A DNA stretch of 64,000 nucleotides, taken from sequence record KX130862. One strand, written 5' to 3'. This document shows positions 10,151 through 20,128 of the stretch, piece by piece (positions within the stretch are counted from its first letter, which is position 1; every line of letters starts with the position of its first letter). The notes under the pieces are model-generated. The model saw only the letters and a list, made by a program, of their open reading frames with translations. It made no database searches and was not told where the DNA came from. Position numbers and translations under genes: made by a program. The DNA is from Shigella phage SHFML-26.

Positions 10151-10834
10151 TTATCGTTTTGTTGGAAGAGACAGAGGATCGCATTCTTCCTCTGACGGAG
10201 CATCTTCAAGACCCATAGCATATCGCAAAGCATACTTCATCATCAGGATGTCTTTCGCACAGTCATGAATAGAATCATGCGCAACGAATCCATCTAAAGT
10301 TCCTTTTGGAAGAGGACATGTGGTCATATCACGAACAAGCAGAAGTGCTTCAATTCTGGTACGAATATCACGCTGATTCCAGAATTTACACGGTTCTAAC
10401 TTAAATGTATCAAGCTCATTCTCAGAAACGCCATTAAGACGTTGAATATCACGAATGAGATCGACTAAAATTGGAAAATCAAACGACATTCCACGGCACC
10501 AACCTTGAGATTTCCAAGGATCGATATTATGTGCATTGATGTAATCATTAAATTTTGCAATACCGTCGATAGTGCTTACATCTTCATCGGACGGTGCAAT
10601 ATTTTTTCGAGCTTCAGGGGATTGATTCTTCCACCATTCGATAGTGCTTTTAGTAAAAAGACGGTGTCCTTTTTGGCTTTTTAAATCAAATTTGATTTTA
10701 ATGCCACGTGAAACTAATTCATCGAATGTTTCAACGACTTCTGGATTAGGGTCAAAAGCAATTACAGCTAAATCAATAACAGCTGCCTTTTCGCCGCTTC
10801 CCATTGTTTCAAAATCTATAATAAAATCAAACAT
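10151..10834 (-). CDS. dexA: exonuclease A (DexA), DEDD-type 3'-5' exonuclease
   Basis: 227 aa; N-terminal DFETMG motif; recognised DexA sequence. Confidence 0.8.
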   Translation of the reverse strand: MFDFIIDFETMGSGEKAAVIDLAVIAFDPNPEVVETFDELVSRGIKIKFDLKSQKGHRLFTKSTIEWWKNQSPEARKNIAPSDEDVSTIDGIAKFNDYINAHNIDPWKSQGWCRGMSFDFPILVDLIRDIQRLNGVSENELDTFKLEPCKFWNQRDIRTRIEALLLVRDMTTCPLPKGTLDGFVAHDSIHDCAKDILMMKYALRYAMGLEDAPSEEECDPLSLPTKR

Positions 10835-11076
10835 TAAATTTTCCTTGCTAAATCGCGAATTTGACCTACAGTATAGTCTTGAATATAAACTTTATTAATA
10901 GGCTCATCAATAAATTTTGCCATAGATTCAATGTCTTTTTGTATCTCTTCAAGACTGTATACTATCTTTGAAGCTTTTTCGCGAATAGTAATATTTTCAG
11001 GACCCGGATTTTCTTCAATGACAGCTTTAACATTTGTCATAAGAGATTTAAACTGGTACCAACTCAATTCAATCAT
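10834..11076 (-). CDS. hypothetical protein
   Basis: ORF track. Confidence 0.45.
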   Translation of the reverse strand: MIELSWYQFKSLMTNVKAVIEENPGPENITIREKASKIVYSLEEIQKDIESMAKFIDEPINKVYIQDYTVGQIRDLARKI

Positions 11077-11329
11077 TAATAATCGCCTTATAAAGATAGC
11101 TAATTTCGCCTAAAATATAATCATTGATTGTAACAGTTTTCACTTCACCACAAAAGAATTCTAACGCAATTAAATCTCGTTCAATTTCTTCTAATTGAAG
11201 CCTCAACTTACTAGATTCTATTTTTACAGTTTCACGATTTTTGCTATAAGCAATTTCATAAATTTCGCTTACTTTATCTTGAAGAAGATAAAACTGATCT
11301 TTAGTTATTTCCACGAATAGCTTCCTCAA
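11069..11329 (-). CDS. hypothetical protein
   Basis: ORF track. Confidence 0.45.
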   Translation of the reverse strand: MRKLFVEITKDQFYLLQDKVSEIYEIAYSKNRETVKIESSKLRLQLEEIERDLIALEFFCGEVKTVTINDYILGEISYLYKAIIND

Positions 11330-11561
11330 ATTTAATCAGTAATTTACAAACACTTTCATCTAGTGTAATTACCGTATCTGTATTACTGTGATATGATTGT
11401 TTTTCAATTCGTTTAATTGCTAATATAGTATCACTTATAAGATAAAGCTTATGAAGGAGCTCAGCTCCTGTTACCATAACATTAAGATTATCTTGCTTAT
11501 TAGTATGCTTCCTTATACCATCTATTAGACGATTTAAATATTTTGAATTGATGTTAATCAT
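11301..11561 (-). CDS. hypothetical protein
   Basis: ORF track. Confidence 0.45.
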   Translation of the reverse strand: MININSKYLNRLIDGIRKHTNKQDNLNVMVTGAELLHKLYLISDTILAIKRIEKQSYHSNTDTVITLDESVCKLLIKFEEAIRGNN

Positions 11562-11567
11562 ATATCC

Positions 11568-12887
11568 TCACACATAAAATACATCATAACGACCACGAGT
11601 AACACCAACATAAAGAAGTTGTTGAGCCAATTCAGCATCTGCATAATGAATACAAGGCGTATAAATGAAAGCACGGTCTACAGACATGCCCTGTGCTTTA
11701 TGGAATGTTGATGCAGGAAGTGCTTTCACTTTACTAAACTGTGATTTAGCATCCCAAAAATCACTCCATGGAGCTTTTCCGCCTTTGTTCCAATTTTTAT
11801 AAGTTTCTGCCGTTTTACCTAAAAATAGATTAAACTTATATAGCTCTTCATCAGATGAAATTATTTTAATCTTTTCACGATAATATTCATCATCGCCGTA
11901 AGTTTCTACTGTTAAATCCCAATGACGAATTAAGTATTCTCCAGAAACACCACGAGCTTTAACAAAGGTTGATGTATACTCTGCTTCTATAATACGAACT
12001 AATTGTCCGTTGTTAAAAATAATTTCTGACACAGGCTTTCCATCAATTTTATATGTTTTAATTAATGGTTCCTGCATTACAATAATTTCACCGACAATAA
12101 AATCTTTATCAGTTTCAAAAATCTTTTTACGAATAATGCTATTTAACTTATCAACAGATTTATTCGTAAATGCCATTACGCGATTTTCAAACAAATCATC
12201 TAGAGATTTGACGATTGAAAAATAATTTACCATAAAATCGCGTAAAGCGGTATCACCAGTAAATCCACGTACTCCATGCCCGTCAACAACTTTATCATAA
12301 ATCCACTTACCGTTACGAACGTCAGTAGCTACATCAATAATAGGAGCATTACTGCGTTTAACTTCAGTGAGTTCACACTGATAAAAATCTTTATGTGTAA
12401 AGAATGGACTGATATAAGCAGTGTTTTCTCCTGGGTCAACAGGTCTAATCTGCTTATTATCACCTATTCCAATTATAGTACACCACGGCGGGATAGTTGA
12501 AAGCAGAATTTTAAATAGCTTTCTATCATACATTGACACTTCATCGCAGATTAATACCCTGCATTTAGCTAAATCTGGTACTTCCTTCTGCTCAAAGAGG
12601 ACATTTTCTTCATATGTTACAGGGTTAATTTTAAGAATACTGTGAATAGTACTCGCTTCTTTCCCTGATAGTTTTGAAAGAATCTTTTTAGCTGCATGAG
12701 TAGGAGCTGCTAAAATAATACCAGTTTCACCCGTAGATATTAAAGCTTCAATGATGAACTTAGTAAGAGTAGTCTTACCGGTACCGGCAGGTCCATTAAT
12801 AGTTACATGATGTTTCTTTTCTTTAATAGCCTTCATAACAATGTTAAAGGCATTTTTCTGGCCTTCGGTCAAATCATCAAATGTCAT
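11568..12887 (-). CDS. dda: Dda DNA helicase (SF1B), 439 aa
   Basis: Walker A GPAGTGKT, Walker B CDEVSM; recognised Dda sequence and length. Confidence 0.9.
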   Translation of the reverse strand: MTFDDLTEGQKNAFNIVMKAIKEKKHHVTINGPAGTGKTTLTKFIIEALISTGETGIILAAPTHAAKKILSKLSGKEASTIHSILKINPVTYEENVLFEQKEVPDLAKCRVLICDEVSMYDRKLFKILLSTIPPWCTIIGIGDNKQIRPVDPGENTAYISPFFTHKDFYQCELTEVKRSNAPIIDVATDVRNGKWIYDKVVDGHGVRGFTGDTALRDFMVNYFSIVKSLDDLFENRVMAFTNKSVDKLNSIIRKKIFETDKDFIVGEIIVMQEPLIKTYKIDGKPVSEIIFNNGQLVRIIEAEYTSTFVKARGVSGEYLIRHWDLTVETYGDDEYYREKIKIISSDEELYKFNLFLGKTAETYKNWNKGGKAPWSDFWDAKSQFSKVKALPASTFHKAQGMSVDRAFIYTPCIHYADAELAQQLLYVGVTRGRYDVFYV

Positions 12888-13195
12888 CGTAAATTCCCTG
12901 CAATTGGTATACTAACAATACGCCCAGTATCTAAAATTCGCTGATATAATCTTTGTGTGTCTACGTCAGGCTTAACATGTTTAACTTCTATTTTATTAAA
13001 CCAAAATTTACGTGGAGTCTCAACTAATCTTGGAATTCCCTTACCTAAAGCTAGTCGATACTGCTCTTTAAGAGTAGTAAATACTTTATCAGCAATCTTC
13101 CATTCAAAAAATACAGCAGGACGATGTTCATCAAGAGGAACAGGCACTGCAAATCCATCTTTGTCTCTATAAACTATCGCATATACATAAAACAT
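12884..13195 (-). CDS. hypothetical protein (dda.1 position)
   Basis: ORF track; ATGA overlap with dda. Confidence 0.5.
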   Translation of the reverse strand: MFYVYAIVYRDKDGFAVPVPLDEHRPAVFFEWKIADKVFTTLKEQYRLALGKGIPRLVETPRKFWFNKIEVKHVKPDVDTQRLYQRILDTGRIVSIPIAGNLR

Positions 13196-13196
13196 A

Positions 13197-13943
13197 TTAT
13201 CCTCGGATAAGTTTAAAAATTGAACAATTTAGCGGGTATCCTCTTTTCAGTTTAAGTTTATCAATAAAAGACAAATTTTGATACCGCTCTACACCTTGAA
13301 TAATTTTATCACACATATCATATTGCATTTCTGCTTCTGACAACTTTTTCACAGTTTTCCAATCCGAGCCTTTAAGAAGAACGTTCAATTTAACAACTTC
13401 AGCGCCTTCTGCTATACGAGAACCATCAATACGAGCTTTGAGTGCTACAATCGTTAGCTTAATGTCTGAGGTTTGTTTTGATTTAGAAAGCTGAGAAATG
13501 TGTTCAATTCGGTTTTCACGTTTTTTCTGTATAGCTTTAATTTGATTATAAGTCTTTTTGATTTTAGCCCATTTCTTTTCATCTAAATTTAGTTTATAAA
13601 CTTTTTTCGCAGATGAACGACCAATTCGCAAAGCAAATAAATCACGCTTTTCAATCAACTCTTCTAAAGTATAATCAGAACGAAATGTATTGTACTTTTT
13701 CTTTACTGCAATAACATTCCCTTTAATGTATCCAACGTTATTATCAAAACGTTCTAATGATAATTTCTCTCCTTCAATACGATTATCAAAAGGTTCTCCT
13801 GAGTAAGCACAAACTTTTTGATCTAAAATGTTCTTAATGTAATTGAAGTCTAAGTTAAAATCTTTAGAACGTCTTTTTGCAGATGCCTGAGTATGCTCTA
13901 GACGACGTTTAATTTTACGAATTTGATTATTAGACAGCTTCAT
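13197..13943 (-). CDS. hypothetical protein in the srd position (Srd-like by position only)
   Basis: 248-aa ORF between dda.1 and modA; early promoter upstream. Confidence 0.4.
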   Translation of the reverse strand: MKLSNNQIRKIKRRLEHTQASAKRRSKDFNLDFNYIKNILDQKVCAYSGEPFDNRIEGEKLSLERFDNNVGYIKGNVIAVKKKYNTFRSDYTLEELIEKRDLFALRIGRSSAKKVYKLNLDEKKWAKIKKTYNQIKAIQKKRENRIEHISQLSKSKQTSDIKLTIVALKARIDGSRIAEGAEVVKLNVLLKGSDWKTVKKLSEAEMQYDMCDKIIQGVERYQNLSFIDKLKLKRGYPLNCSIFKLIRG

Positions 13944-13978
13944 ATTTTTCTCACATCTTACGGACGGTTAACTACTTA

Positions 13979-14009
13979 TACTATAACATTTTTACTTTAA
14001 CTTGTAAAC
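13979..14009 (-). promoter_or_regulatory. T4-type early promoter upstream of srd-position gene
   Basis: GTTTACA ... TATAGT. Confidence 0.5.
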
Positions 14010-14066
14010 AACTTTATGTAAAAATGCTTTAAAACTTTCATGGTATAATGAATCTAAGTCCTTCCA

Positions 14067-14669
14067 TTATAGATTAAATCCTTCAAAATCAAGAGTATAG
14101 ATAGTGTATGTTGAACACTTTTTGTACTCATATCTATCTGCAATTCTAAATACACTTCCAGCTGGTATCATTACTTCTTGTTCATCTGAAACTAATTCCA
14201 TATTACGATAACGATGACTATCCGGAAACTTAAAGTTTGGATTGTATTCTTTACAACGTAAAGCTTTTATAGCATACTCCTGGAAATTAAACACCATAGG
14301 AGCTTTGAATTCAAAAATAACTTGTGTGTTGTATTCTAATCCAGAAGCAAAATGTAGAGCTATATTTTTATCATATGAAGCTGATACTACTTTATCAAAT
14401 GTAATAATATCAATTCCTTGATTTAACACCTGTTTAATCTCAACTGGAACACCTCTCCAAAGAGGTTTATCGTTTGGAACCAAACGAGATTTGACTATTT
14501 CATTTAACCAAGAATGATCGTCTGGTTTATTAGTAATACAATGAATTAAAAGTTCAATTTCAGATAAATTAAATCCTTCGGAAAGTAATTCTTCACGAAT
14601 AGAAGCACGCACCGATGCATCCATTGATTTGATTTTAAAATCTTTTAATTGCATTGCTGAATATTTCAT
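14067..14669 (-). CDS. modA: ADP-ribosyltransferase ModA-like (200 aa)
   Basis: R-S-E-type ART motifs (WRG, SASYD, EQEVMIP); size and position. Confidence 0.6.
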   Translation of the reverse strand: MKYSAMQLKDFKIKSMDASVRASIREELLSEGFNLSEIELLIHCITNKPDDHSWLNEIVKSRLVPNDKPLWRGVPVEIKQVLNQGIDIITFDKVVSASYDKNIALHFASGLEYNTQVIFEFKAPMVFNFQEYAIKALRCKEYNPNFKFPDSHRYRNMELVSDEQEVMIPAGSVFRIADRYEYKKCSTYTIYTLDFEGFNL

Positions 14670-15289
14670 TCAACTACCTCAATATCATAAACTTTAAATG
14701 TTCCAAATGAATCGTGTAATTTTTCTTTTGAAATAGAAGTTATTTTATACTTTCCAATTGGAATCATCCATTCTTGTTCACGCACAATCATCATTAAGTT
14801 ATCAGTACGCTCTGAATCTAATCCATCAGTATCTTCATATGTATACTTAAACTCAGTATTAGGAGAAGAAAGTATAATATCGCTGATATGGTCAGAATAA
14901 TTAAAAGCTTTATCAGTTTTTAAGCGAAATATTATTTCAGTGAAATACTCAACATAAGAAAAACCACATGCTGTGTGCAAACTAGTAGTAAATGAATCTA
15001 CTCTGTTCGTTGAAAACACTTCTCCGACTTGTAAATCTTTAATGAGTTCTTTTGTCGATTTTGATATACCACGATATAACTGATATGGTGATTTAGTTAA
15101 ATGCTTTTTAATGATTTTATTCAACTGCTGATGAAGAGCTTCATTCTTTTTAGCTTCCATACATTGCCAAAGAATTGACTGTTCAAAGTCAGTAAATTTT
15201 TCACAGACCTTTTTATACATATCATATTGAAAATCAACGCTTTCAGCTTTTATAGATAACTGTTCAACATCTGCAAGATTAATAATCAT
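14666..15289 (-). CDS. modB: ADP-ribosyltransferase ModB-like (207 aa)
   Basis: ART motifs (YRG, FSTNR, EQEWMIP); ATGA overlap with modA. Confidence 0.6.
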   Translation of the reverse strand: MIINLADVEQLSIKAESVDFQYDMYKKVCEKFTDFEQSILWQCMEAKKNEALHQQLNKIIKKHLTKSPYQLYRGISKSTKELIKDLQVGEVFSTNRVDSFTTSLHTACGFSYVEYFTEIIFRLKTDKAFNYSDHISDIILSSPNTEFKYTYEDTDGLDSERTDNLMMIVREQEWMIPIGKYKITSISKEKLHDSFGTFKVYDIEVVE

Positions 15290-15315
15290 GATAGCCTCCG
15301 TATACTTCAGAAGCT

Positions 15316-15345
15316 ATCATATCATTGTTAGAAAGGAAAGTAAAC
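15316..15345 (-). promoter_or_regulatory. T4-type early promoter upstream of modB
   Basis: GTTTAC ... TATGAT. Confidence 0.5.
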
Positions 15346-15356
15346 AACTTTTTGAA

Positions 15357-15539
15357 TTATTTTGCCCAAGGAGCCCAAGGCGGAGGGTCAAGATGGTATG
15401 AAGCTAGTTCTTCTAGAAGAGCATCTGGGGCTTCAATTCCATAATTCTGTAATACTATACGGTACTCTTTCTTATAATCACTAGAATCATTCTGGATATT
15501 CGTAGAATGATTATCTTCTAACATCTCAAATAAATCCAT
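15357..15539 (-). CDS. hypothetical protein
   Basis: ORF track. Confidence 0.4.
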   Translation of the reverse strand: MDLFEMLEDNHSTNIQNDSSDYKKEYRIVLQNYGIEAPDALLEELASYHLDPPPWAPWAK

Positions 15540-15547
15540 ACTAATTC

Positions 15548-16030
15548 CTAGCGATAAAAACCAAAATAACGATTAGCTTCAATAATCTTTCTTTCTTCTT
15601 CAGACATTCTCCAGCGTAGTCCAACATCAAAATGAGCCCAGACCATCTTAACAAATGCATTTATATCTTTAATATCTTCAATAATGAATGTTTTACTTTT
15701 AGAAGGTTGACCTGCTAAATTAAGTGCTAATTTAACTTTATCGTCTTCAAACAGGGCAAAAAGACCATATTCATGAGCTCTTTTATAGCCTTTAATAGTT
15801 AAAGCTTCAGAAGAAGAAAACGGTGAATCAGTATTCTGTAAAATATCTTCAGTATGCTTTATAATTAGAATAACATTTTCTGGATATTTTCTTTCTTTTA
15901 TATCTTTAATTAAAAGATCCGGATTTTCTGCTAAAGGAATAATTAATGAGCATTTTTTATCAAGTGCATTTACTGATTTACCTTCTTTAGACATAAATTC
16001 TATTGAATAATGTTTTGCTACTTCAATCAT
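15548..16030 (-). CDS. hypothetical protein
   Basis: ORF track. Confidence 0.5.
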   Translation of the reverse strand: MIEVAKHYSIEFMSKEGKSVNALDKKCSLIIPLAENPDLLIKDIKERKYPENVILIIKHTEDILQNTDSPFSSSEALTIKGYKRAHEYGLFALFEDDKVKLALNLAGQPSKSKTFIIEDIKDINAFVKMVWAHFDVGLRWRMSEEERKIIEANRYFGFYR

Positions 16031-16183
16031 GCGATTTCCTCTTGCCTACTAATGGACCATCAGGAATTTTGTTTTCCTGGATATATTTCTCATTTTCTTC
16101 CATCATTTTACTGCCAATTTTAAGAAGCAAATCCATTGCTTCATTTGCTTTAGCTTTAGCCTCTTCTAATATCATATCTCTGT

Positions 16184-16387
16184 TCACGATTTATCCCCAT
16201 AGATGTCTCTCATTAATTTAAGCGCTGAGCGTTCTAATTTCTTTTCTTTCTCAGCACTAATCATTGATTTCATCCATTCTTCCGATTCGTTCTGCATTTC
16301 TTTATTTACTTGTTCAACCCAACCATCATCAATGTACATTGAGTTTGGTCTATTGAACCATTCAAACATTTTCTTCAGAACTTTCAT
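16184..16387 (-). CDS. hypothetical protein
   Basis: ORF track. Confidence 0.4.
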   Translation of the reverse strand: MKVLKKMFEWFNRPNSMYIDDGWVEQVNKEMQNESEEWMKSMISAEKEKKLERSALKLMRDIYGDKS

Positions 16388-16859
16388 TTGTTTTACCTAA
16401 AACAACAGTAGGAGCATCATCAAATTCATGAATTTTTAGCAAATTTGGATGTAAACTATTCCATACAGAAGAAATAAAGTATGATAAAGCGTCTTCACTC
16501 GCAATTATAAATTTATTTCCTTTATCTATTTTCCAACTATATACTGAATCATACGAATAAAATGATAAAGGTTTATTATTATAATGTTCTGTGCTAACGT
16601 TAATGTATTCTGATTTAGTAAATGCTTCAATTGCTCTAAACGGAATATTTGGCACAGTTTCAATAATACCAATCTTTTTAAGTTTTATTTCAGCATCTTC
16701 TGGAACTGGCATTGAAACGAAATTTTCTACGAGATACATTGGGTCACAATAACCCTTATCAATCATTACTGCTACAGTAATTGGAACATCTTTAGCAAAC
16801 GACATGCTATTACTGCTAATATACATTTCAAACAAAATCGCTTCCATAATTTTCCTCAA
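16362..16859 (-). CDS. hypothetical protein
   Basis: ORF track. Confidence 0.5.
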   Translation of the reverse strand: MRKIMEAILFEMYISSNSMSFAKDVPITVAVMIDKGYCDPMYLVENFVSMPVPEDAEIKLKKIGIIETVPNIPFRAIEAFTKSEYINVSTEHYNNKPLSFYSYDSVYSWKIDKGNKFIIASEDALSYFISSVWNSLHPNLLKIHEFDDAPTVVLGKTNESSEENV

Positions 16860-17194
16860 TCACAAGATGTAGATGAACAACTAGAATCACAAGAACTTCC
16901 ACATGAATCGCCCGTCCATACATGAACAGGAACATTAGTGTCATATGAATCAGAACTAGACTGTGTATTCTGCGTATTAGATGATGTAGGTGTTGACCAG
17001 CGCCAAGGATTTTTATAATATTCTTGGGCTTCTTCATAAGTCATAGTAACTGCTTCTACTGTTCCATCTCCCATATAAACATATTCAACTACAGTTAAAG
17101 GAAGGTAGTCATTTGAAATAGGAACTACACCTTCTCCGGGAGTTGTAGAGAAAAAATCCGTAAAGAAACTTTTAAACCAATTAAAGATAAACAT
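16856..17194 (-). CDS. hypothetical protein with Cys/Ser-rich C-terminal tail
   Basis: ORF track; C-terminus [15 protein letters not shown]. Confidence 0.45.
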   Translation of the reverse strand: MFIFNWFKSFFTDFFSTTPGEGVVPISNDYLPLTVVEYVYMGDGTVEAVTMTYEEAQEYYKNPWRWSTPTSSNTQNTQSSSDSYDTNVPVHVWTGDSCGSSCDSSCSSTSCD

Positions 17195-17400
17195 TACAAA
17201 AAGCCTCTTTTGAATTCAACTTGCTTCTCGCCATAATCATATCGAATCTCTGCATTAAATTCAACAGAACCATCTGCGTACATCATAAATGAATGCACAA
17301 CAACTTCTGTAGACCATGGCTGTAGTTCATATTTCTTCATTACATGCCGTGAAATGATAATATCTAAATCTTCATTTGGTTTAATCCAGCGATTTAACAT
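17194..17400 (-). CDS. hypothetical protein
   Basis: ORF track; early promoter at 17427-17456. Confidence 0.45.
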   Translation of the reverse strand: MLNRWIKPNEDLDIIISRHVMKKYELQPWSTEVVVHSFMMYADGSVEFNAEIRYDYGEKQVEFKRGFL

Positions 17401-17426
17401 AGTGCTCTCCTCTATAAGATAATTCT

Positions 17427-17456
17427 ATTATACCATACTCATTTTGGAAAGTAAAC
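17427..17456 (-). promoter_or_regulatory. T4-type early promoter directly after soc terminator
   Basis: GTTTAC ... TATAAT. Confidence 0.55.
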
Positions 17457-17460
17457 CGGT

Positions 17461-17490
17461 AAAATGAAAAAAGGACTCCCGAAGGAGTCC
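17461..17490 (-). terminator. intrinsic terminator after soc
   Basis: GGACUCC-UUCG-GGAGUCC then UUUUUUCAUUUU. Confidence 0.65.
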
Positions 17491-17498
17491 TTGAATTA

Positions 17499-17735
17499 TT
17501 AACCACCTATTTCTGTAGGCGTAAACATTGCAGCATTCTTAGTTTTCCAAGTTGCTGCATCGGAAACTACATCAGAATAAGCTGCTTTTTCTGAAGGAAA
17601 GATTTGATAATGAGAATCTGCAATACGGTGTTCATTTGAATATACATCAAATGCTACAGAAACTTCCATACCTTTAACTTCTTTGCCTTCACCCGCTGGA
17701 TGAGTAAAGGTCTTGATGTTAACGAAACCACCCAT
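17499..17735 (-). CDS. soc: small outer capsid protein Soc
   Basis: 78-aa ORF recognised as Soc; late promoter TATAAATA upstream; terminator downstream. Confidence 0.8.
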   Translation of the reverse strand: MGGFVNIKTFTHPAGEGKEVKGMEVSVAFDVYSNEHRIADSHYQIFPSEKAAYSDVVSDAATWKTKNAAMFTPTEIGG

Positions 17736-17766
17736 AATAAACTCCTTTATTGTTTAATTACAGGTG

Positions 17767-17774
17767 TATTTATA
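17767..17774 (-). promoter_or_regulatory. T4 late promoter TATAAATA upstream of soc
   Basis: Exact TATAAATA on minus strand ~30 nt before soc start. Confidence 0.6.
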
Positions 17775-17944
17775 TCAGTCTTCAATGAAAACTTGTGCCA
17801 GGAATTCGTGTTCATCTTGAATTTGTTTATATAAAGCCATTACAGCATTTATATTAGAGCTATCTACTTTAAGTTGATAGGCATACCACTCGTATAAATT
17901 AATTAAAGCTTTTTGTCGTCTAATAAATTCTTCTTTGGATATTT

Positions 17945-18145
17945 TCATTTTGAATGCTCTATAATTAATTTTAAGGCTTCTTTACTGACAAAAATTTCAT
18001 CAAGACCTTCTTCTACACCCCAATCAACTACACGAAGCTGATTAGATAAGAGCTCGTATGTGAGCTCCTTGTCATAATTTTTAAATAGCTGGTCAATACG
18101 TTTCTTGTGGGCTTTCTTAAGCTGGCGTTTATTTAAACGAGCCAT
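17945..18145 (-). CDS. hypothetical protein
   Basis: ORF track. Confidence 0.4.
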   Translation of the reverse strand: MARLNKRQLKKAHKKRIDQLFKNYDKELTYELLSNQLRVVDWGVEEGLDEIFVSKEALKLIIEHSK

Positions 18146-18663
18146 TAATAACCTCGGTCTTGACGAGCGAAGTTTTCAGCATTTTTCAGATAATAAAGTT
18201 TAAAGATTTCTTCAGCCGTAAGACCGAGGCCTTGGAACATGTTCAGAACGAAATGAAGAATATCAATCATTTCGAATTTAATTTCCAACTGGTCTTGTGG
18301 AGACAAATCAGTAATCAGAGTTTCACGTCGTTCACCATGTTGAGCTTTCCAAGGCTTCCATACAGCAGATGCATCTTTTTCACCATTGCTCATACCACCA
18401 AGAGAAGTCAATAGTTCGCGGAATTCATCATCAATATAATCTTTCTGATTACGCAGCCAATCAACAACTTCACCCGCAGTAGCCAAATCATCAGGATGAC
18501 GGTTATATTCAGGTTTATCTTTAGCTAAACGAACCTGCAGAGATTTCTGCATATCAAGCATAACTTGCAACGGGTCTTTTTCATCACCGAGAATATCCCA
18601 GTATTCATTTTGAGCTTTATCAGCGCCTTCAATCAGTTGTGAACATTCATTAAAGTATGCCAT
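18145..18663 (-). CDS. 56: dCTP pyrophosphatase (gene 56, MazG-like)
   Basis: Start moved to ATG at 18661-18663 (MAYFNECSQL) behind AAGGAAA; 172 aa. Confidence 0.8.
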   Translation of the reverse strand: MAYFNECSQLIEGADKAQNEYWDILGDEKDPLQVMLDMQKSLQVRLAKDKPEYNRHPDDLATAGEVVDWLRNQKDYIDDEFRELLTSLGGMSNGEKDASAVWKPWKAQHGERRETLITDLSPQDQLEIKFEMIDILHFVLNMFQGLGLTAEEIFKLYYLKNAENFARQDRGY

Positions 18664-18734
18664 TATTTTTCCTTTCAATTCATGGGTTAGTAGATTAATT
18701 ATACAATAAATATATAAAGCAATAAGGAGGATAT

Positions 18735-18935
18735 ATGGTACAAAAATTAATGGCACTTGTTAATGCCATAAAAGGTAATAAAAAACGTATAGCTTTTACT
18801 ATTTCTGCTATGGTAGGAATTTTACTCTGGAATTTTGTTTTATCACCAATTGCTATTGCTCATGGTGTTAATATTCCAGTAATTACTCTTGATACATTCG
18901 TAGATTTAGCATTTGCTTTAGTTGGGTTAATTTAA
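18735..18935 (+). CDS. small hydrophobic membrane protein (66 aa)
   Basis: Only convincing plus-strand ORF; AGGAGG SD 6 nt upstream of ATG; lies between genes 56 and 61. Confidence 0.4.
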   Translation: MVQKLMALVNAIKGNKKRIAFTISAMVGILLWNFVLSPIAIAHGVNIPVITLDTFVDLAFALVGLI

Positions 18936-19960
18936 ATCTTAGCGTATTTAGATAGCCGCATTTTAGCCATCAACCCTTGGGCAATATTATTTTTCATATA
19001 TTCCATAATTTGTTTAGGGGTTGCACCTTCCTTTCTAATCATATCATTAACATCTTTTGATTTCCAGGGAGATTTATCCCAAAACATAACCCTTTCTCCT
19101 GCATCAACTAATTTAGTCATTCGTTTAATAGTGTCAGGGTGACGAGGTTCATTATCTAAAACCCATACACGTCTATCTTTAAATGGAACAATTTCTAGGT
19201 CTAATTGACCACCCGTAATAGCTATACCATTTTCAATAAAAAGTGAATCTATAGGTCCTTCTAGAACATATACATCACCATCTTTGACTCGTTCGACTCC
19301 ATAAATTTTTGTTGCCTCAGGATAAGCTTTGATGGTGATATATTTTTGAGGAGCATCTTTCTTTAATGCACGTCCTTGAAAAGACTCAGCTTTTCCGTTA
19401 GCATTATAAATTGGAATAACAAGACGAGGCTCAGGTATTTCCTTTTTATATGTTCCTGGCGCTATACTATTAACTAATTTAGGCCATTCGGTTGTAAACC
19501 AAAGATATTTCCATTTATCCTTTGGAATACAACGAGCTTTTACATATTTTATAATTGGATGGTCTTCCGCCAGTTTATCTAATCTAATGCATGACGGAAG
19601 AGATTTAATTATTTTCTTCTCAGGTTGTTTAGGAAGTTCTTTAGGTTTTTCTACTGGACGACTTTTACCTTTTTCCTTTCTTATTTCAAAGATATACTCA
19701 CGATATAAATCAGGTTCAAACTCCTTTAAATATATTCCGATTGGTGCATGATAGTTACAGTTATAACAATGAATATTTCCTTCATTATTATCGCCATAAT
19801 ACCATCCACGGGCTTTATTTTGGTCGGTTTTTGAATCTCCACAAACAGGACATCTAAACCGTAATTTAAAAGTTGAACTATTATTTACTTGTGTGAATTT
19901 AGGTAAATGAGCTAATGCACGGTATGCAAACTCATTATCAATCCAAGGTATTGATGACAT
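18932..19960 (-). CDS. 61: DNA primase (gene 61)
   Basis: 342 aa; N-terminal zinc ribbon CPVCGDS...CYNC; Toprim-like core. Confidence 0.85.
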   Translation of the reverse strand: MSSIPWIDNEFAYRALAHLPKFTQVNNSSTFKLRFRCPVCGDSKTDQNKARGWYYGDNNEGNIHCYNCNYHAPIGIYLKEFEPDLYREYIFEIRKEKGKSRPVEKPKELPKQPEKKIIKSLPSCIRLDKLAEDHPIIKYVKARCIPKDKWKYLWFTTEWPKLVNSIAPGTYKKEIPEPRLVIPIYNANGKAESFQGRALKKDAPQKYITIKAYPEATKIYGVERVKDGDVYVLEGPIDSLFIENGIAITGGQLDLEIVPFKDRRVWVLDNEPRHPDTIKRMTKLVDAGERVMFWDKSPWKSKDVNDMIRKEGATPKQIMEYMKNNIAQGLMAKMRLSKYAKI

Positions 19961-19962
19961 TT

Positions 19963-20127
19963 TTACTCTTCTTTTTCTTTAGATTCCTCTTTTTTCTTTT
20001 TAGGAATCTGTTCAGGACCTTTATTTACTACAGCGCCTGACGTTGTTCCAGTGGAGATATTTTCAGGATTACCACCTGAATCTCCAGCTACCATATCTTC
20101 TTTAATAAATTCTTTATATGTTTTCAT
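19963..20127 (-). CDS. small acidic/basic protein (54 aa)
   Basis: Own translation (MKTYKEFIKEDMVAGDSGGNPEN...); GAGGT SD. Confidence 0.35.
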   Translation of the reverse strand: MKTYKEFIKEDMVAGDSGGNPENISTGTTSGAVVNKGPEQIPKKKKEESKEKEE

Positions 20128-20128
20128 A

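Noticed and set aside
13197-13943. Possible degenerate HNH-like motif (CAYSGEPF...ERFDNNVGYIKGN) in the srd-position protein
   Set aside because: Motif match is loose and catalytic His residues are not evident; not enough to call an endonuclease.
16828-17037. 69-aa His-rich minus-strand ORF
   Set aside because: Overlaps 16856..17194 in another frame; likely artefact of the Cys/Ser-rich repeat-like region.
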